Below, one piece after another: positions 33,853 to 48,469 of a DNA stretch of 64,000 nucleotides (position 1 is the first letter of the stretch; each line of letters starts with the position of its first letter). Source of the DNA: Octopus vulgaris (Eukaryota); NCBI GenBank assembly GCA_951406725.2, contig OX597837.1:14694001-14758000 (forward strand), given 5' to 3'. Below the pieces are notes generated by a model, which searched no databases, had not been told where the DNA came from, and saw only the letters and a list, made by a program, of their open reading frames with translations. Made by a program: the position numbers and the translations under genes.

Positions 33853-33995
33853 AGCCTGAAATTTTTGTGGGGAGTTGGGGGGACATTTGATTAGATCGAC
33901 CCAAGTACACAACTGGTACTTAATTTATCGACCCCCGACAGGACGAAAGGCAAGTCGACTTCGGCAGAATTGGGACTCAGAACGTAAAGACAGAT
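33853..33995 (-). mobile_element. SINE family A copy, inverted relative to its neighbour
   Basis: CTGGTACTTAATTTATCGACCCC...GAAAGGCAAGTCGACTTCGGCAGAATT. Confidence 0.8.
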
Positions 33996-34155
33996 GGTCA
34001 TAATATACAAACATTTCTCATGGAACCACTACACTGTTTACAGATGCTTACATATTATATTGTTTCCGTGAATTTTTCACGAGTCCAGCTAGTTATCATT
34101 TTTGTTATTGTATGACTCATTCCTTCCTCTCAAAATTGTGCCTATAATAGAAAGG

Positions 34156-35617
<1,462 letters not shown>

Positions 35618-35650
35618 TATTATTATTAAAGAAAGGATTATTATTACTAT

Positions 35651-36193
35651 TGAGTGAGAGAGTAGTGCATGCCATCAAAGTGACACTAAGGTGCAAATTT
35701 ACGAAGCCCAGTATACTAATCATGACTACCCGTCTGATAAGGGTACACCAGGTACATGCATCACAACCATATGTACGCGATATGGTGATCTCATGTCAGG
35801 ATAAACAGATCATGACCTTGCAGGTGGGGCCCAGTTAGAATTTTCTTCTGGTTGAGTAGCCCATCCCGCTCAAAAGGTCCCTGAATAAGGATAGTTTAAT
35901 GATGCTGAACGAAACACCCATGTTTCCAGAAGTGAATTATCCAAACCCCAAAGAATTCCTCTCAACACATGGCTATGATGCTCTCCCACTACTTGTGCTC
36001 CTGATCAGAGATGCACAAATCGTCAGCCACCAAGAAACATGCTCAACTGGTTATGGTCAAGTAACTGACAAGCAAATCTGTGGTATTGAGCAGAATATTT
36101 GCTGTAGCCCATGACAAAACATGTACATGATAACACTTCCAATCAGTTAAGATCAGAAGCCATGAGAGCCACTGCCTGGTACTGCATCAGGGC
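35651..36193 (-). mobile_element. ~540-bp non-coding element inserted in (ATT)n; probable non-autonomous partner of the RLE retrotransposons
   Basis: ATT repeats on both sides; one terminus recurs at 11149; no credible ORF. Strand inferred from the truncated copy. Confidence 0.55.
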
Positions 36194-36194
36194 A

Positions 36195-36277
<83 letters not shown>

Positions 36278-36278
36278 T

Positions 36279-36394
<116 letters not shown>

Positions 36395-37520
36395 TCAGTA
36401 GTTTATTTTTATCACGTGCTTTCACTGCACTACTAAGCACAGCTCCATGTGCCATGGGTGTGTGCTGTGGTGTGTTTTGGTTTTTCATTTTCACTGTATT
36501 GAAAGTGTTTTATGCAGGATGTGTGCAGTGCCCAGTAGTGCTATTTTCTGTATGTTATATATACTTGTTAGTCCTGGTGTTTTAGTTATGTATTTGTCTG
36601 AATATTTTTTATCATACCTAATGCGCCTACTATGATAGGAATTGTTTCTGTTTTTAGACTCCACATTCGCATTACCTCTATTTCCAGCTCTCTATATTTT
36701 GAAAATTTCTTTTAGAGAGACATTGTCATCTGCCGGTATTGATGCATCGATTAGACAGCATGTTTTCTTGATGATCTCTGACAACTATTGGCCTTAATTT
36801 CTCTATCTGTGTGTATTTTCATATCCCATAGTATGGTTACTTTCTCATTTACTGTTACCTTTTCTGGAGTATGCCTATACCATCTTTTTTCTGTTGTTAT
36901 TCCATAATGTTGGCATAGCTTCCAGTGTATATAGGTCCCAACTCTGTCGTGTCTGTGAATATATTCCTTCTTAGCCAGGACTGGGCAACCAGAGACAATA
37001 TGATTTATTCTTTCTTGTCCAACTCCACATATTCTGAAGTTACTTGTTATGTTTCTTTTCATTACGTTTTTGGTAATTTCTGGTGGGGAAGGCTTTGGTC
37101 TTGTGCTGCAATTAAAAATCCTTCAGTCTCTGCTTTGAGTCCTGAGCTTCTCAGCCATTGTTGGGGTTTTGCTTTGTCTATTTCTTTTGCGTTTAGTTTA
37201 ACCCAATATTTGCCATGAAGAGGCTTTTCTTGCCATCGTTTTATCATGATACGTTGCTGTTCCAGATTTTAGTTTGGATTTCAGTTTTTTTTACAGCTTT
37301 TGTTGTTTCTTCTTTTTCTTCATAGTTGTGAGGTACTATGACTTCTTTTTTTCTATTTGTCAGCTTCCTTAAAAACTGAAAACAGTTTTTTTTCTTTTGT
37401 TCATGTTTTGTGGTTATTTGTAATAGTTTTTCTTACTTCTGAAGTAGGTATTTCTGTAGTCCTATGATGGTTATTTTGTAATAGTTTTCTAGCTGTATAA
37501 GGCCTCTACCACCTTCCATA
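36395..37520 (-). mobile_element. 5'-truncated Dong/R4-like copy closely related to 3964-5120
   Basis: WLRSSGLKAETEGFLIAAQDQSL, HRHDRVGTYIHWKLC; same 3' terminus; (ATT)n on both flanks. Confidence 0.92.
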
Positions 37521-37653
37521 TTATTATTATTGTTATTATTATCATCATCATCATCATCATCATCATCACCATTATTATTATTATTATTATCATCATCATC
37601 ATCATCATCATCATTATTATTATTATTATCATTATTATTATTATCATATTATC

Positions 37654-37711
<58 letters not shown>

Positions 37712-38074
37712 TATTATTATTATCATTATTATTATTATTATTATCATTATTATTATTATTATTATCATTATTATTATTATTATTATCATCATTATTATTA
37801 TTATCATTATTATTATTATTACTATTATTAATATAATTATCATTATTATAATCATTAATATTATTATTATCATCATCATCATCATCATTATTATTATTAT
37901 TATCATTATTATTATTATTACTATTATTAATATAATTATCATTATTATCATTATTATTATTATTATCAATTATTATTATTATTATCATCATCATCATCAT
38001 CATCATCATTATTATTATTATCATTATTATTATTATTACTGTTATTATTATCATTATTATTATTATTATTATTA

Positions 38075-38108
<34 letters not shown>

Positions 38109-38391
38109 CATTATTATTATTATTATCATTATTATTATTATCATTATTATCATCATTATTATTATTATCATTATTATTATTATTACTATTATTAATATAA
38201 TTATCATTATTATTATCATTATTATTATTATTATCAATTATTATTATTATTATTATTATTATTATCATCATCATCATTATTATTATTATTATCATTATTA
38301 TTATTATTACTATTATTAATATAATTATCATTATTATTATCATTATTATTATTATTATCATCATCATCATCATTATTATTATTATTATCAA

Positions 38392-38439
<48 letters not shown>

Positions 38440-38869
38440 CTCATGGCGATGAGATTATAGCTTATTCTGTGACAGATTGTTCACAGTTAACTCCACAGAG
38501 TGAATACAAAAGGTGCTGGCTTGAAGATTGTGCTGCAACAATTAACTTAAATTTTTACAAGAATTTTGGCTTTGCGTATACATGAAGAAGTCTAAAACTA
38601 TTCTGGGAGAATAGGAATTCCATCCCGCCAAAACGATAATGTTAGAATACAAACCGAAAGAGGATAAAAAATGAAAAGAATTCCTCGAGCCTCAGAAGAA
38701 GGTGCAGCACTTGGGACCATCCTGGCATCAAAAGTTGCAAAAACCAAGACGGCAGCAATACTTGGAAGAGTTCATATGTTGATCAAAGTGTTGCATCTCC
38801 AAGGTTCGAAGAGCTGAGACAGGACATAGACATAGATAAATCAGAAGCGATTAAGTGAATAACTATAAA

Positions 38870-38996
38870 AAAAGAAGAAGAAGAAGAAGAAGAAGAAGAA
38901 GAAGAAGAAGAAGAAGAAGAAGAAGAAGAAGAAGAAGAAGAAGAAGAAGAAGAAGAAGAAGAAGAAGAAGAAGAAGAAGAAGAAGAAGAAGAAGAA
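38870..38996. repeat. Pure (AAG)n tract, about 40 units
   Basis: Direct reading. Confidence 0.95.
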
Positions 38997-39226
38997 TGAT
39001 AATAATAATAAATCGTGTTAACTGGAACAACTCATGTACTGAGAAGAGCATTATCGCTGTGAAAACAACATCCATTTGTGAATTTATTAATTTTTTAAAT
39101 ACATATTTTACCTGCGAATTTGCGTATGTAATCTGGGAATGCATACAATGAGCTTCTCTGCCCTAGGTATACGGAAAACACTCGGAGAGAAACAGAAGAA
39201 AATTTGAAGAAAGAAGGAAAAAAAAC

Positions 39227-39341
<115 letters not shown>

Positions 39342-39362
39342 TAATAACAATAACAATAACAA

Positions 39363-39500
39363 TTGCTTGGAACTGCAAGAATTCTTCGTAGATTTCTTGA
39401 AGCATGACCAGTAAACAAGTGTCCTCTTAGCCTCCGGGCTGTGGACATCTGACACTTTTTATCACACCCAGCAAAATAAGCTGAGAGTTTTCATCAAATA
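39363..39500 (+). mobile_element. Very short 3' end of an RLE retrotransposon inside (AAT)n
   Basis: LLGTARILRRFLEA-stop, ~95-nt 3' UTR, then AATAATAAT. Confidence 0.75.
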
Positions 39501-39929
39501 ATAATAATGATAATAATAATACATAAATCAAATAAATAGATTTGTGAATCTGGCTAAAGTTATATTTATAAATACAGGATAAATTTTGGCCGCTTGTTGA
39601 AGATTTCTCCGTCTGTTCTTTGTTGATTTTTTTTATTGAGTTTGGAACAAAAGCATGTTCAGGTTCATTTACTGAGTTTCTATGTTCATAGTTGGTCGTG
39701 TCTTCTGGTCGAAGTGGATATTGGTGGCGCTTATTATTAACGTTTTATAGTAAAAATTCGCAGAATTGTTAATGCAATAATGTCATGAAGGAGACTGTTC
39801 GATGTTTGCAAAATTCTACAAATTCATATAATTAGGAACTTGTATCTGACACTTTCTTCTTCACTCACTGTCGATGAATACATGCCACACAGTCACATAC
39901 ACACATTCACATACACACGTACACACATA

Positions 39930-39971
<42 letters not shown>

Positions 39972-40116
39972 ATATTCCAATGTGCATGCATATACACATA
40001 CTAATATATCATGTACATTCTACGGATATCTAACATACAAAATAAAAATATTATGTATATGTATGTATGTATATATATATATATATATATATATTAATAT
40101 ATATACCCTCAATATA

Positions 40117-40204
<88 letters not shown>

Positions 40205-40238
40205 CGTATAGCTTTTGTATATTATATAAGTGTATACG

Positions 40239-40267
<29 letters not shown>

Positions 40268-40276
<9 letters not shown>

Positions 40277-40540
40277 GAATGGAGTTGAACGACTAGTTAA
40301 CAAATATCCTTTATTCTCGACATATGTTTCGAAGGCTGCATATTCCTAATTCCGAAGGAATAAGGAGTACATTATGCAGATTTCTCATCAGGAAAATCAA
40401 GGAACTTATGTCGACATCAAAATGCACAAAAAACTTTTAGCTGACCGCTCTCAAGGAGTTTGGAATATGCAGCCTTCGAAACATATGTCGAGAATAAAGG
40501 ATATTTGTTAACTAGTCGTTCAACTCCATTCTTTCATATA
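40268..40540. repeat. Inverted repeat (79-bp identical arms, ~115-bp spacer), Penelope pLTR-like
   Basis: 40268-40346 is the reverse complement of 40462-40540; flanked by (TA)n. Confidence 0.92.
40313..40397 (-). ncRNA. Type I hammerhead ribozyme, intact core
   Basis: ATTTTC-CTGATGA-GAA..CTGCATA(loop)TATGCAG..TTC-GAAAC-ATAT-GTC-GAGAAT: stem I, extended stem II, palindromic stem III, GUC cleavage triplet. Confidence 0.82.
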
Positions 40541-40956
40541 CTTATAATTGTAAAATATACATACAAATTTCCGCACGAAGACACGTAGTCTATGCCCTAG
40601 GGACGTAGCTTCAACCGTGTTCTTTCTGATGTGAATTTGCTACCCAGGTTCGGTTATCTTTCGAATTATCCTTAATAAGATAATTCATTCAACTACTCAG
40701 ATATATATATATATATATATATATATAGTGTTCAATATATAGAATGTGATATATAATCTATTTTGTATATTTACATATTATACTACAGGCCGTAGACACG
40801 TATATTTACTACGATATATGTATATATATATATATATGTTTGTGTGTGTGTGTTTTATGGAGAATAAAAATAGTATGTATTATATACTATTATATGCTGC
40901 ATATATATTAGATGTACTGTATATATAAGCGTGTCTTTACATGCATAACTATATTA

Positions 40957-41015
<59 letters not shown>

Positions 41016-41190
41016 AATATTAGCGAAGTAAGTTATTTCCAAGTTTACAGGCGAGAAAAATTCTTATTTTTACTATTTTTTATTCCTCATTTTTGTTCCT
41101 TACTTAGTAATGAAAAATTATTTCGATGATTTCTAGTTGTATAATTTTCATTGTCATGTCTTTATATAGGATGTAAATAGTAAAATAGTT

Positions 41191-41313
41191 TTATATAATC
41201 CAGACCTGAAGATTGGCAGTATAGTCGGATTGATATGGTAGTGAATTTCGAGACCTTCTATTTCAGCAATACCGATAGATAAATTGTCATGAAACGCGCG
41301 TTGTCTATATAAC
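41191..41313 (+). ncRNA. Type I hammerhead ribozyme with long stem II extension
   Basis: AGAC-CTGAAGA-T-TGGCAGT(~62 nt)ATTGTCA-T-GAAAC-GCGC-GTT-GTCT; stem I extends via TTATAT/ATATAA. Confidence 0.72.
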
Positions 41314-41552
41314 TTAATATATGATTCAGAATAGTAATTGTAGATATTAATTTTGATAAAATTTAATCTTATATATCTCTATCACAGATAATGTCGTTCA
41401 ATGTTGATTGAGTTGCTTAAAGGTGGCTCTGTTTCTTAAACCTATATATATATATATATATATATATATCCATTCAAAATGTGACCGCGTGTTGTGTACT
41501 GTTGGCGATTTTTCCCTCCGTCTTCCCTTCCTTGGATCATTTCTTTTCCTAT

Positions 41553-41587
41553 GTTTCTGACGAAGAGCTCCGCTCGAAACGTTAAAT
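41553..41587 (+). ncRNA. Minimal type I hammerhead ribozyme
   Basis: GTTT-CTGACGA-A-GAGC-TCC-GCTC-GAAAC-GTT-AAAT; loopless palindromic ACGT helix III. Confidence 0.7.
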
Positions 41588-41687
41588 CCTCCTTCTTTCT
41601 TTCCTTTCCTGAGCGTCCGATAACACTATATTTGTTCCACGTCCTCGCGTTGTTGTGTTTTCTCTTTGTGTTTTCATGTTTGGAGTA

Positions 41688-41751
<64 letters not shown>

Positions 41752-42487
41752 CCGGAGTGGCTGTTAGAGAAAGTGAAATAATTGATGAGAGAAAGTGAAA
41801 TAATTGAAGTTCTTGTGAGCTGCAGTAATATGTTTTGCAATGGCTGGAATAGCAGCTATTATGATCAATATGAAACCACATATTTATTCCTGAATTCTGC
41901 GAGAAATATTTTCTCAGTTAATTTCCACTTAATTTCCATTCAAACGGGAAAAACAATTGACTGAAAACAAAACTCTACTTTTGCTGATTTTAAATTATGG
42001 AAGTTGACAGGAATATACTCGGGTTTAAATAGCAAAAGCATGCACAGACACACACAGGTACACCCACCAGCATATATATGCATGCACATACATAACGCAC
42101 ACAAACACACACTTACACATACACATATTCACACACATATACATAGAATACACAAACAATTTTTTTCACTGAATCGCATAGACAAAAATACAATAAAACA
42201 CATTGGACTTCATTTCAGACAAAAAAATAGTTTAATGGGGAATTTCTTATATGAATCAAATATGTGAATTACCCATGTGAGTTTTGCCCTGTCCCTCCGT
42301 TCTTTTACTTCCTTCCTGGATTTTTCTTCTGTAAATCAGAGAAAGGGTTCGTTCAAAATGCTTATACTTTTCTCTATATCTTTCATTTGAACATCAACCT
42401 AAAAATAATAACTAATGCAAACGTCATTGGAGCATCTTTTCTAATTGATTTCTTATACACACACACATACGCACACACACACTCACA

Positions 42488-42598
<111 letters not shown>

Positions 42599-42870
42599 TT
42601 AACCGGTGTTGTTCAAACGATGAATAGCTTTGCGTAAACTATTGGTTCGTTTTGTTCTCTTACTTTATTATCATCTTATAATCATCTCATAATAATGACC
42701 TTTATGACTCGTATTACGACCTCAGTCAATCTTAATGTATATATTTGTCGTTACCTGTCATAAATAGCCTTTTTCTATTTGCAATGTGCATTTTCGTTGA
42801 TTTTTCATGTTTTACCCTTACATTTCCACGTGTCTTTTATATTTTATATTCTCTTTTCGTAACATATTTC

Positions 42871-42936
<66 letters not shown>

Positions 42937-43645
42937 CAGAAATAGATATATATATATATATATCAGAAATATATTTACCACGTCACTACCCCTAGTGGTG
43001 GTTTGTTTACGTCCTCGTGACTTAGCGGTCCGGCTTAAGAATCCAACACAATAGGTACCAGGTTTTAAAATTAAATACTGGTGGCGGGGAGTTGATTTGT
43101 TCGACTAAAACTTTCAAGGTGTTGCTCCAGCATGGCCGCAGTCCAGTGACTGAAACAAATAAAGGATAATTAGTTTCTTGTTAATTAGTCAGCCATCATG
43201 CTTCCTTTTTTCTTTTTGCTTTTTTTTTTCATGCAATATTTATAAATAATGTCTGCCATGAAATTGTGAAGTTTTGAAGTGTTAAAATAAGCTATTTCCA
43301 TCCAGAAATTTTAGAAAATATAAAATTTGTGGGGAGTTAGGACTATATATATACGTATACATGTACATATAGTACATATATACACACATATATATATATA
43401 TACAGACAGACATATAGACAGATAGATAAATAAATACATACATACATACATACATACATACATACATACATACATACATACATACATACATACATACATA
43501 CATACATACATACATACATAGTATGTGAGTGAATGTAGAAGTGTAACATACAACAAAATTGTACGCAGCGGAGTCATTGAAGCAGAAAGACAGAATAATT
43601 GTATATCTAAACATTATGTACATATCAATAATGAAAATTACTCAT

Positions 43646-43736
<91 letters not shown>

Positions 43737-43745
43737 TAGATAGAT

Positions 43746-43821
<76 letters not shown>

Positions 43822-43897
43822 TACATATGTATGTGTATACATGTGTATGTGTATACATACATGCATGCATATATGTGTGTATGCATATGTTTATATA

Positions 43898-45188
43898 CGA
43901 GGGGCGTTCAATAAGTAATGCCCCTGACCCACTTCCCATAGCAGTAGAGCAACGAAACTTGGCACAGTTATTAGTCTTTTTCTACATAGGAACCACCCAG
44001 AGTTACGCATTTCTCCCATCGCTTGATGCGGCTCTGGAGACCGTCTTTGTAGAAGAACCCAGCTTGGTCCTCCAACCTCAACGTGACTTCAGAAATCAAG
44101 GCTGCATCATCTGGGAAACGCTTTCCTTTCAAAAACAACTTCATGATTGGGAAGAGGTGAAAATCAGAGGGTGCAAGGTCAGGAAAGTAGGGGGGATGGG
44201 GAGGAGTTCATAGCCATACGCCTGTGCTTCTGATCTGGCGACAAGCGAGTTGTGGACCGGAGCGTTGTCCTGCAGGAGGAGGATGCCTTTGCTGATCTTG
44301 CCCTGCCTCTTGATTTTGATAACTTCTCTTAATTTCCTCAAAAGTGAAGCATAATAGGCTCCTGCAATTGTGGTACCCTTTGCCAGGAAATCTGTCATCA
44401 CTACTCCGTCCTGGTCCCAGAAGACTGTGAGCATGACCTTGCCAGCGGAGGGCTGCACCCTTGCCTTCTTTGGAGGGGGTGAGTCACGGTGCTTCCACTG
44501 CATTGACTGGGCTTTGGTCTCTGGATCATCGTGATGGACCCAGGTTTCATCCTGTGTAATCAGTCTTTTGAAAAATTTTGACTCATCTTCTTGGCACATC
44601 TCCAAATTCACCCTCGAGCACTCGACGCGTTCTTGCTTCTGGAAAGGCGTGAGCAACCTGGGAATCCATCTGGCAGACACCTTTTGCATATGTAAATGGT
44701 CATGAATGATAGTTTCCACAGACCCGGTACTAATCTTGACCTCATGGGCTATTTGGCGAATAATTATGCGTCGATCTTCCAAAATGGCAGCCTCAACTTG
44801 ACGGACAGATGCCTCATCAATGGCAGAAGGGGGCGACCAGATCTGGGAGCTGTTTCTACAGAGTTCCGACCATGTTTGAATTCACGATGCCAGCGTTTTA
44901 CAAGGTCATATGATGGGGCATCATCACCATAAGTTACTTTCATTTCATCAAAAGTCTCCCGTGGTGTGCGTCCTTTCAAATACAAAAACCGGATCACTGC
45001 TCGACACTCAACAGGCTCCATTTCACACTTGACTCGGTTCAAACACCTGTAAATCAGACACCACAATTAGTTCAGAGCTGTAATTTGCCACTTACTCTAT
45101 AGAGATATAAATGATTGCACATGCAAAATTTCAGCTAGATCAAACAACTGCAAGTGAGTCAGAGGCATTACTTATTGAACGTCCCTCG
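43898..45188 (-). mobile_element. Full-length mariner transposon (1291 bp), irritans-like
   Basis: TIRs CGAGGG(G/A)CGTTCAATAAGTAATGCC(C/T)CTGAC at both ends, TA duplications at 43896-43897 and 45189-45190. Confidence 0.95.
43971..45021 (-). pseudogene. Mariner transposase with two frameshifts
   Basis: MEPVECRAVIRFLYLKG start, WIPRLL, TQDETWVHH, LQDNAPVH, YxPDLAPSD region, YVEKD-stop end; frameshifts near 44830 and 44200. Confidence 0.92.
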
Positions 45189-45236
45189 TATATGTATATT
45201 TAGATATGTATGTATAATTATATAATTATATATACA

Positions 45237-45320
<84 letters not shown>

Positions 45321-45479
45321 TGTATGTATGTATGTATGTATGTATGTATGTATGTATGTATATTACAATGGAAAGAAAGTCTTGTCGCATTTCGAGGTGG
45401 GAAAGAAGCAATACTTTGATCTTAATTGATATATCTAATCAAGGTAATATTTTCGCTCATTATTGATAAGAGAATCCCG

Positions 45480-46470
45480 TCTACTTGGCAAGTGGTTGAT
45501 CCCCCAGGCATAAAATTCTTCAGGTTTCGAGGCAAAAAAACACTCAACATTATTTTTAAGCTCTTCACAATTGATAAATTGTTTTCCTCCAAATTATGTC
45601 ATAATGATCCGAAAAGGTGAGTCCTATGGATCGAGGTCAGAAGAATAAGGTGAATGAGAGAAAACGTTTATATTTACAGTCATAATGTTTCGCTGGTTGA
45701 CTTTGGTAATGTGTGAGTCTGCATTATTGTGTCTGAGCAGCATCACTTTACGATGGACCAATGATGGGAGCCTTCTCTGCAATTTGGTTCTGCAGTGTTT
45801 CCAGTTAACGGCAATACTTCTCTGAATGTTTCATTTTTTTCTTTATTGCCCACAAAGGGCTAAACATAGAGGGGACATACAAGGACAGACAGACAAAGAG
45901 ATTAAGTCGATTATATCAACCCCAGTGCATAACTGGTACTTAATTTATCGACCCCGAAAGGATGAAAGGCAAAGTCGACCTCGGCGAAATTTGAACATAG
46001 AACGTAAAGACAGACAAAATACCTATTTCTTTACTACCGACAAGGGGCTAAACACAGAGAGGACAAACAAGGACGGACAAAGGGATTAAGTCGATTATAT
46101 CGACCCCAGTGCGTAACTGTTACTTATTTAATCGACCCCGAAAGGATGAAAGGCAAAGTCGACCTCGGCGGAATTTGAACTCAGAACGTAAAGACATAAA
46201 ATAACGCTAATCATTTCGACCAGCGTGCTAACGTTTCTGCCAGTTCCTCGCCACCTAAAGTTCTCCGCAAGTTTCCTTTTCGTTTAACACTTCATGACAG
46301 ACAACATCCTCCAAATCCCTCCAAACACAGAGCATAATTTTTTTCGTGTATACTCTTAGTTTTGAGAGTGGTTTCTCCTTAGGTGCGAACCATTGTCAGC
46401 TTCCTTGGGATTATAGAGAACTTCTTTTTTCACCACTTGAGATGATTCTACGCAGGAAAGGTTCGGTAGC
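45480..46470 (-). mobile_element. Ancient mariner relic interrupted by two tandem SINE A copies (~45840-46250)
   Basis: HSPYSSDLDP (YSPDLAP-like) at ~45630-45660 and LRHNNADSH (HDNARPH-like) at ~45715-45740. Confidence 0.5.
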
Positions 46471-46532
46471 AAATCTACACGTCAATAACGAGCAACGAGC
46501 AACACGCGAAAGATAAAAGATAACCCTTGCGT

Positions 46533-46611
<79 letters not shown>

Positions 46612-46769
46612 ACACAGCCCTGCGCATGACAAAAACGCCCCATTGTTCCGAAACAACGATTCCTTCGCACAAATTGAATGCTCCCTAAACCCATAAACGC
46701 ACCCATTTTATATTCAACAGCTTCGTCTTCACTCGTCTTAATTATTTCTCTTTTGTTTTCTCTCTTCAG

Positions 46770-46794
46770 ATCTTTCCCCAGCGACTCAGAAATG
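46770..46794 (+). other. Candidate 25-nt exon ending in ATG
   Basis: CTTAAT branch-like motif, long polypyrimidine tract ending TTCAG, exon ATCTTTCCCCAGCGACTCAGAAATG, donor GTAAGT. Confidence 0.55.
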
Positions 46795-46984
46795 GTAAGT
46801 AATGCTCCAACATAATACTTTGCCTCTTTCTATCTCCATTACAAGGCGACGACGCGCTGACAGAATCGTTACGGCGTCAGACAAAATACTCAGCAGGGTT
46901 GGTCACTAGTGGACAGACCGATATATGCGACGACGGTGTCTCTCGCCTCAAAATTCTTTGTGTTGTTCCCAAATTTGAAAGGAT

Positions 46985-47350
46985 TATCAGGCGGTGAGCT
47001 AGTTAAGTCGTTACAATGTCCTGTAGAATTCATTCCGGCTCTCTGCGCTCAGAGTTCGAATCCCGCTAAGGCCAACTTTGCCTTTTATCTTTTCGGAGTC
47101 GATAAAATAAAATACCTATTTCTTTACTACCCACAAGGGGCTAAACACAGAGGGGACAAACAAGGACAGACAAACGGATTAAGTCGATTACATCGACCCC
47201 AGTGCATAACTGGTACTTAATTTATCGACTCCGAAAGGATGAAAGGCAAAGTCGACCTCGGCGGAATTTGAACTCAGAACGTAACGGCAGACGAAATACT
47301 GCTAAGCATTTCGCCCGACGTGCTAACAATTCTGCCAGCTTGCCGCCTTA
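46985..47350. mobile_element. Adjacent inverted SINE family A pair (+ ~46985-47110, - ~47115-47350)
   Basis: GGCGGTGAGCT...GAGTTCGAATCCC...TTTCGGAGTCGATAAA followed by a full reverse-complement copy. Confidence 0.8.
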
Positions 47351-47390
47351 AAATAAAATAAAATACCATTTCAGTACTAACACCTATTCT

Positions 47391-47446
<56 letters not shown>

Positions 47447-47458
47447 GATCTATCTCTA

Positions 47459-47492
<34 letters not shown>

Positions 47493-48212
47493 CTTTCTCT
47501 CTTTCTCTCTATCTATCTCTCTCTCCCTCTCTCTCTCTATATCTATCTCTCTCTCTTTCTCTCTATCTATCTATCTCTCCCTCTCTCTCTCTATCTCTAT
47601 CTCCCTCTCTCTTTCTCTCTCTTTCTCTCTCTCTCCCTCTCTTTCTCTATCTCTCTATCTCTCTCTCTCTCCCTCTCTCTCTCTCTCTCCCTCGCTATCA
47701 CTACTAAAAACCCCAATGACATGTTTTTTATTGCGATTGTATTCTGCAAATAAGTCACCTATGACAAGCCATGTTTAGTAGGGCGCATTCAAAGTGCTGT
47801 TGCAACACTGAAGTACCACAAGTTTGCAAGTCAGTTTATTAAATGTGTAGAAATGAGATGCTAAAATTATAGTAATCGAGGCCAGTAATTACTGCCTCAT
47901 CTTAAAACAAGTCTCAAAACTTCTGAAATGCGCCTCGTATTTCTACTGTTCTTTAATCACTTGTCGCGAGGTGGCTTGTTTGGTGCAATGCGAAGATGGT
48001 AAATGGAGATATATTTCGCTGGCTGCGTGCATAATGACGTAAGCAAACCCGCGAGCATTTAGGGGAAATATTTATTGCCGGACATAAAGATATTTGGTGT
48101 TGGTTATTTACAATTAATAATTTGAATAATTGCCGAATGCGAGGGTCAGACTGCTCTGAAATTATAGAAAGTTTTCTGTGTGACAACGTGTGGTCAGTCC
48201 AAAAATACACGA

Positions 48213-48378
48213 AGGCGCAGGAGTGGCTGTGTGGTAAGTAGCTTGCTAACCAGCCACATGATTCCGGGTTCAGTCCCACTGCGTGGCACCTTGGGCAAGT
48301 GTCTTCTGCTATAGCCCCGGCCCGACCAATGCCTTGTGAGTGGATTTGGTGGACGGAAACTGAAAGAAGCCTGTCGTA

Positions 48379-48469
<91 letters not shown>

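Noticed and set aside
36138-36193. Faint resemblance to U2 snRNA (ATCAGTTAAGATC, CCTGGTACTGCA)
   Set aside because: Two short imperfect matches with wrong spacing and no GTAGTA branch-recognition sequence.
48213-48285. tRNA genes at SINE heads
   Set aside because: Only A/B-box-like motifs; no full cloverleaf, and each continues into a SINE body.
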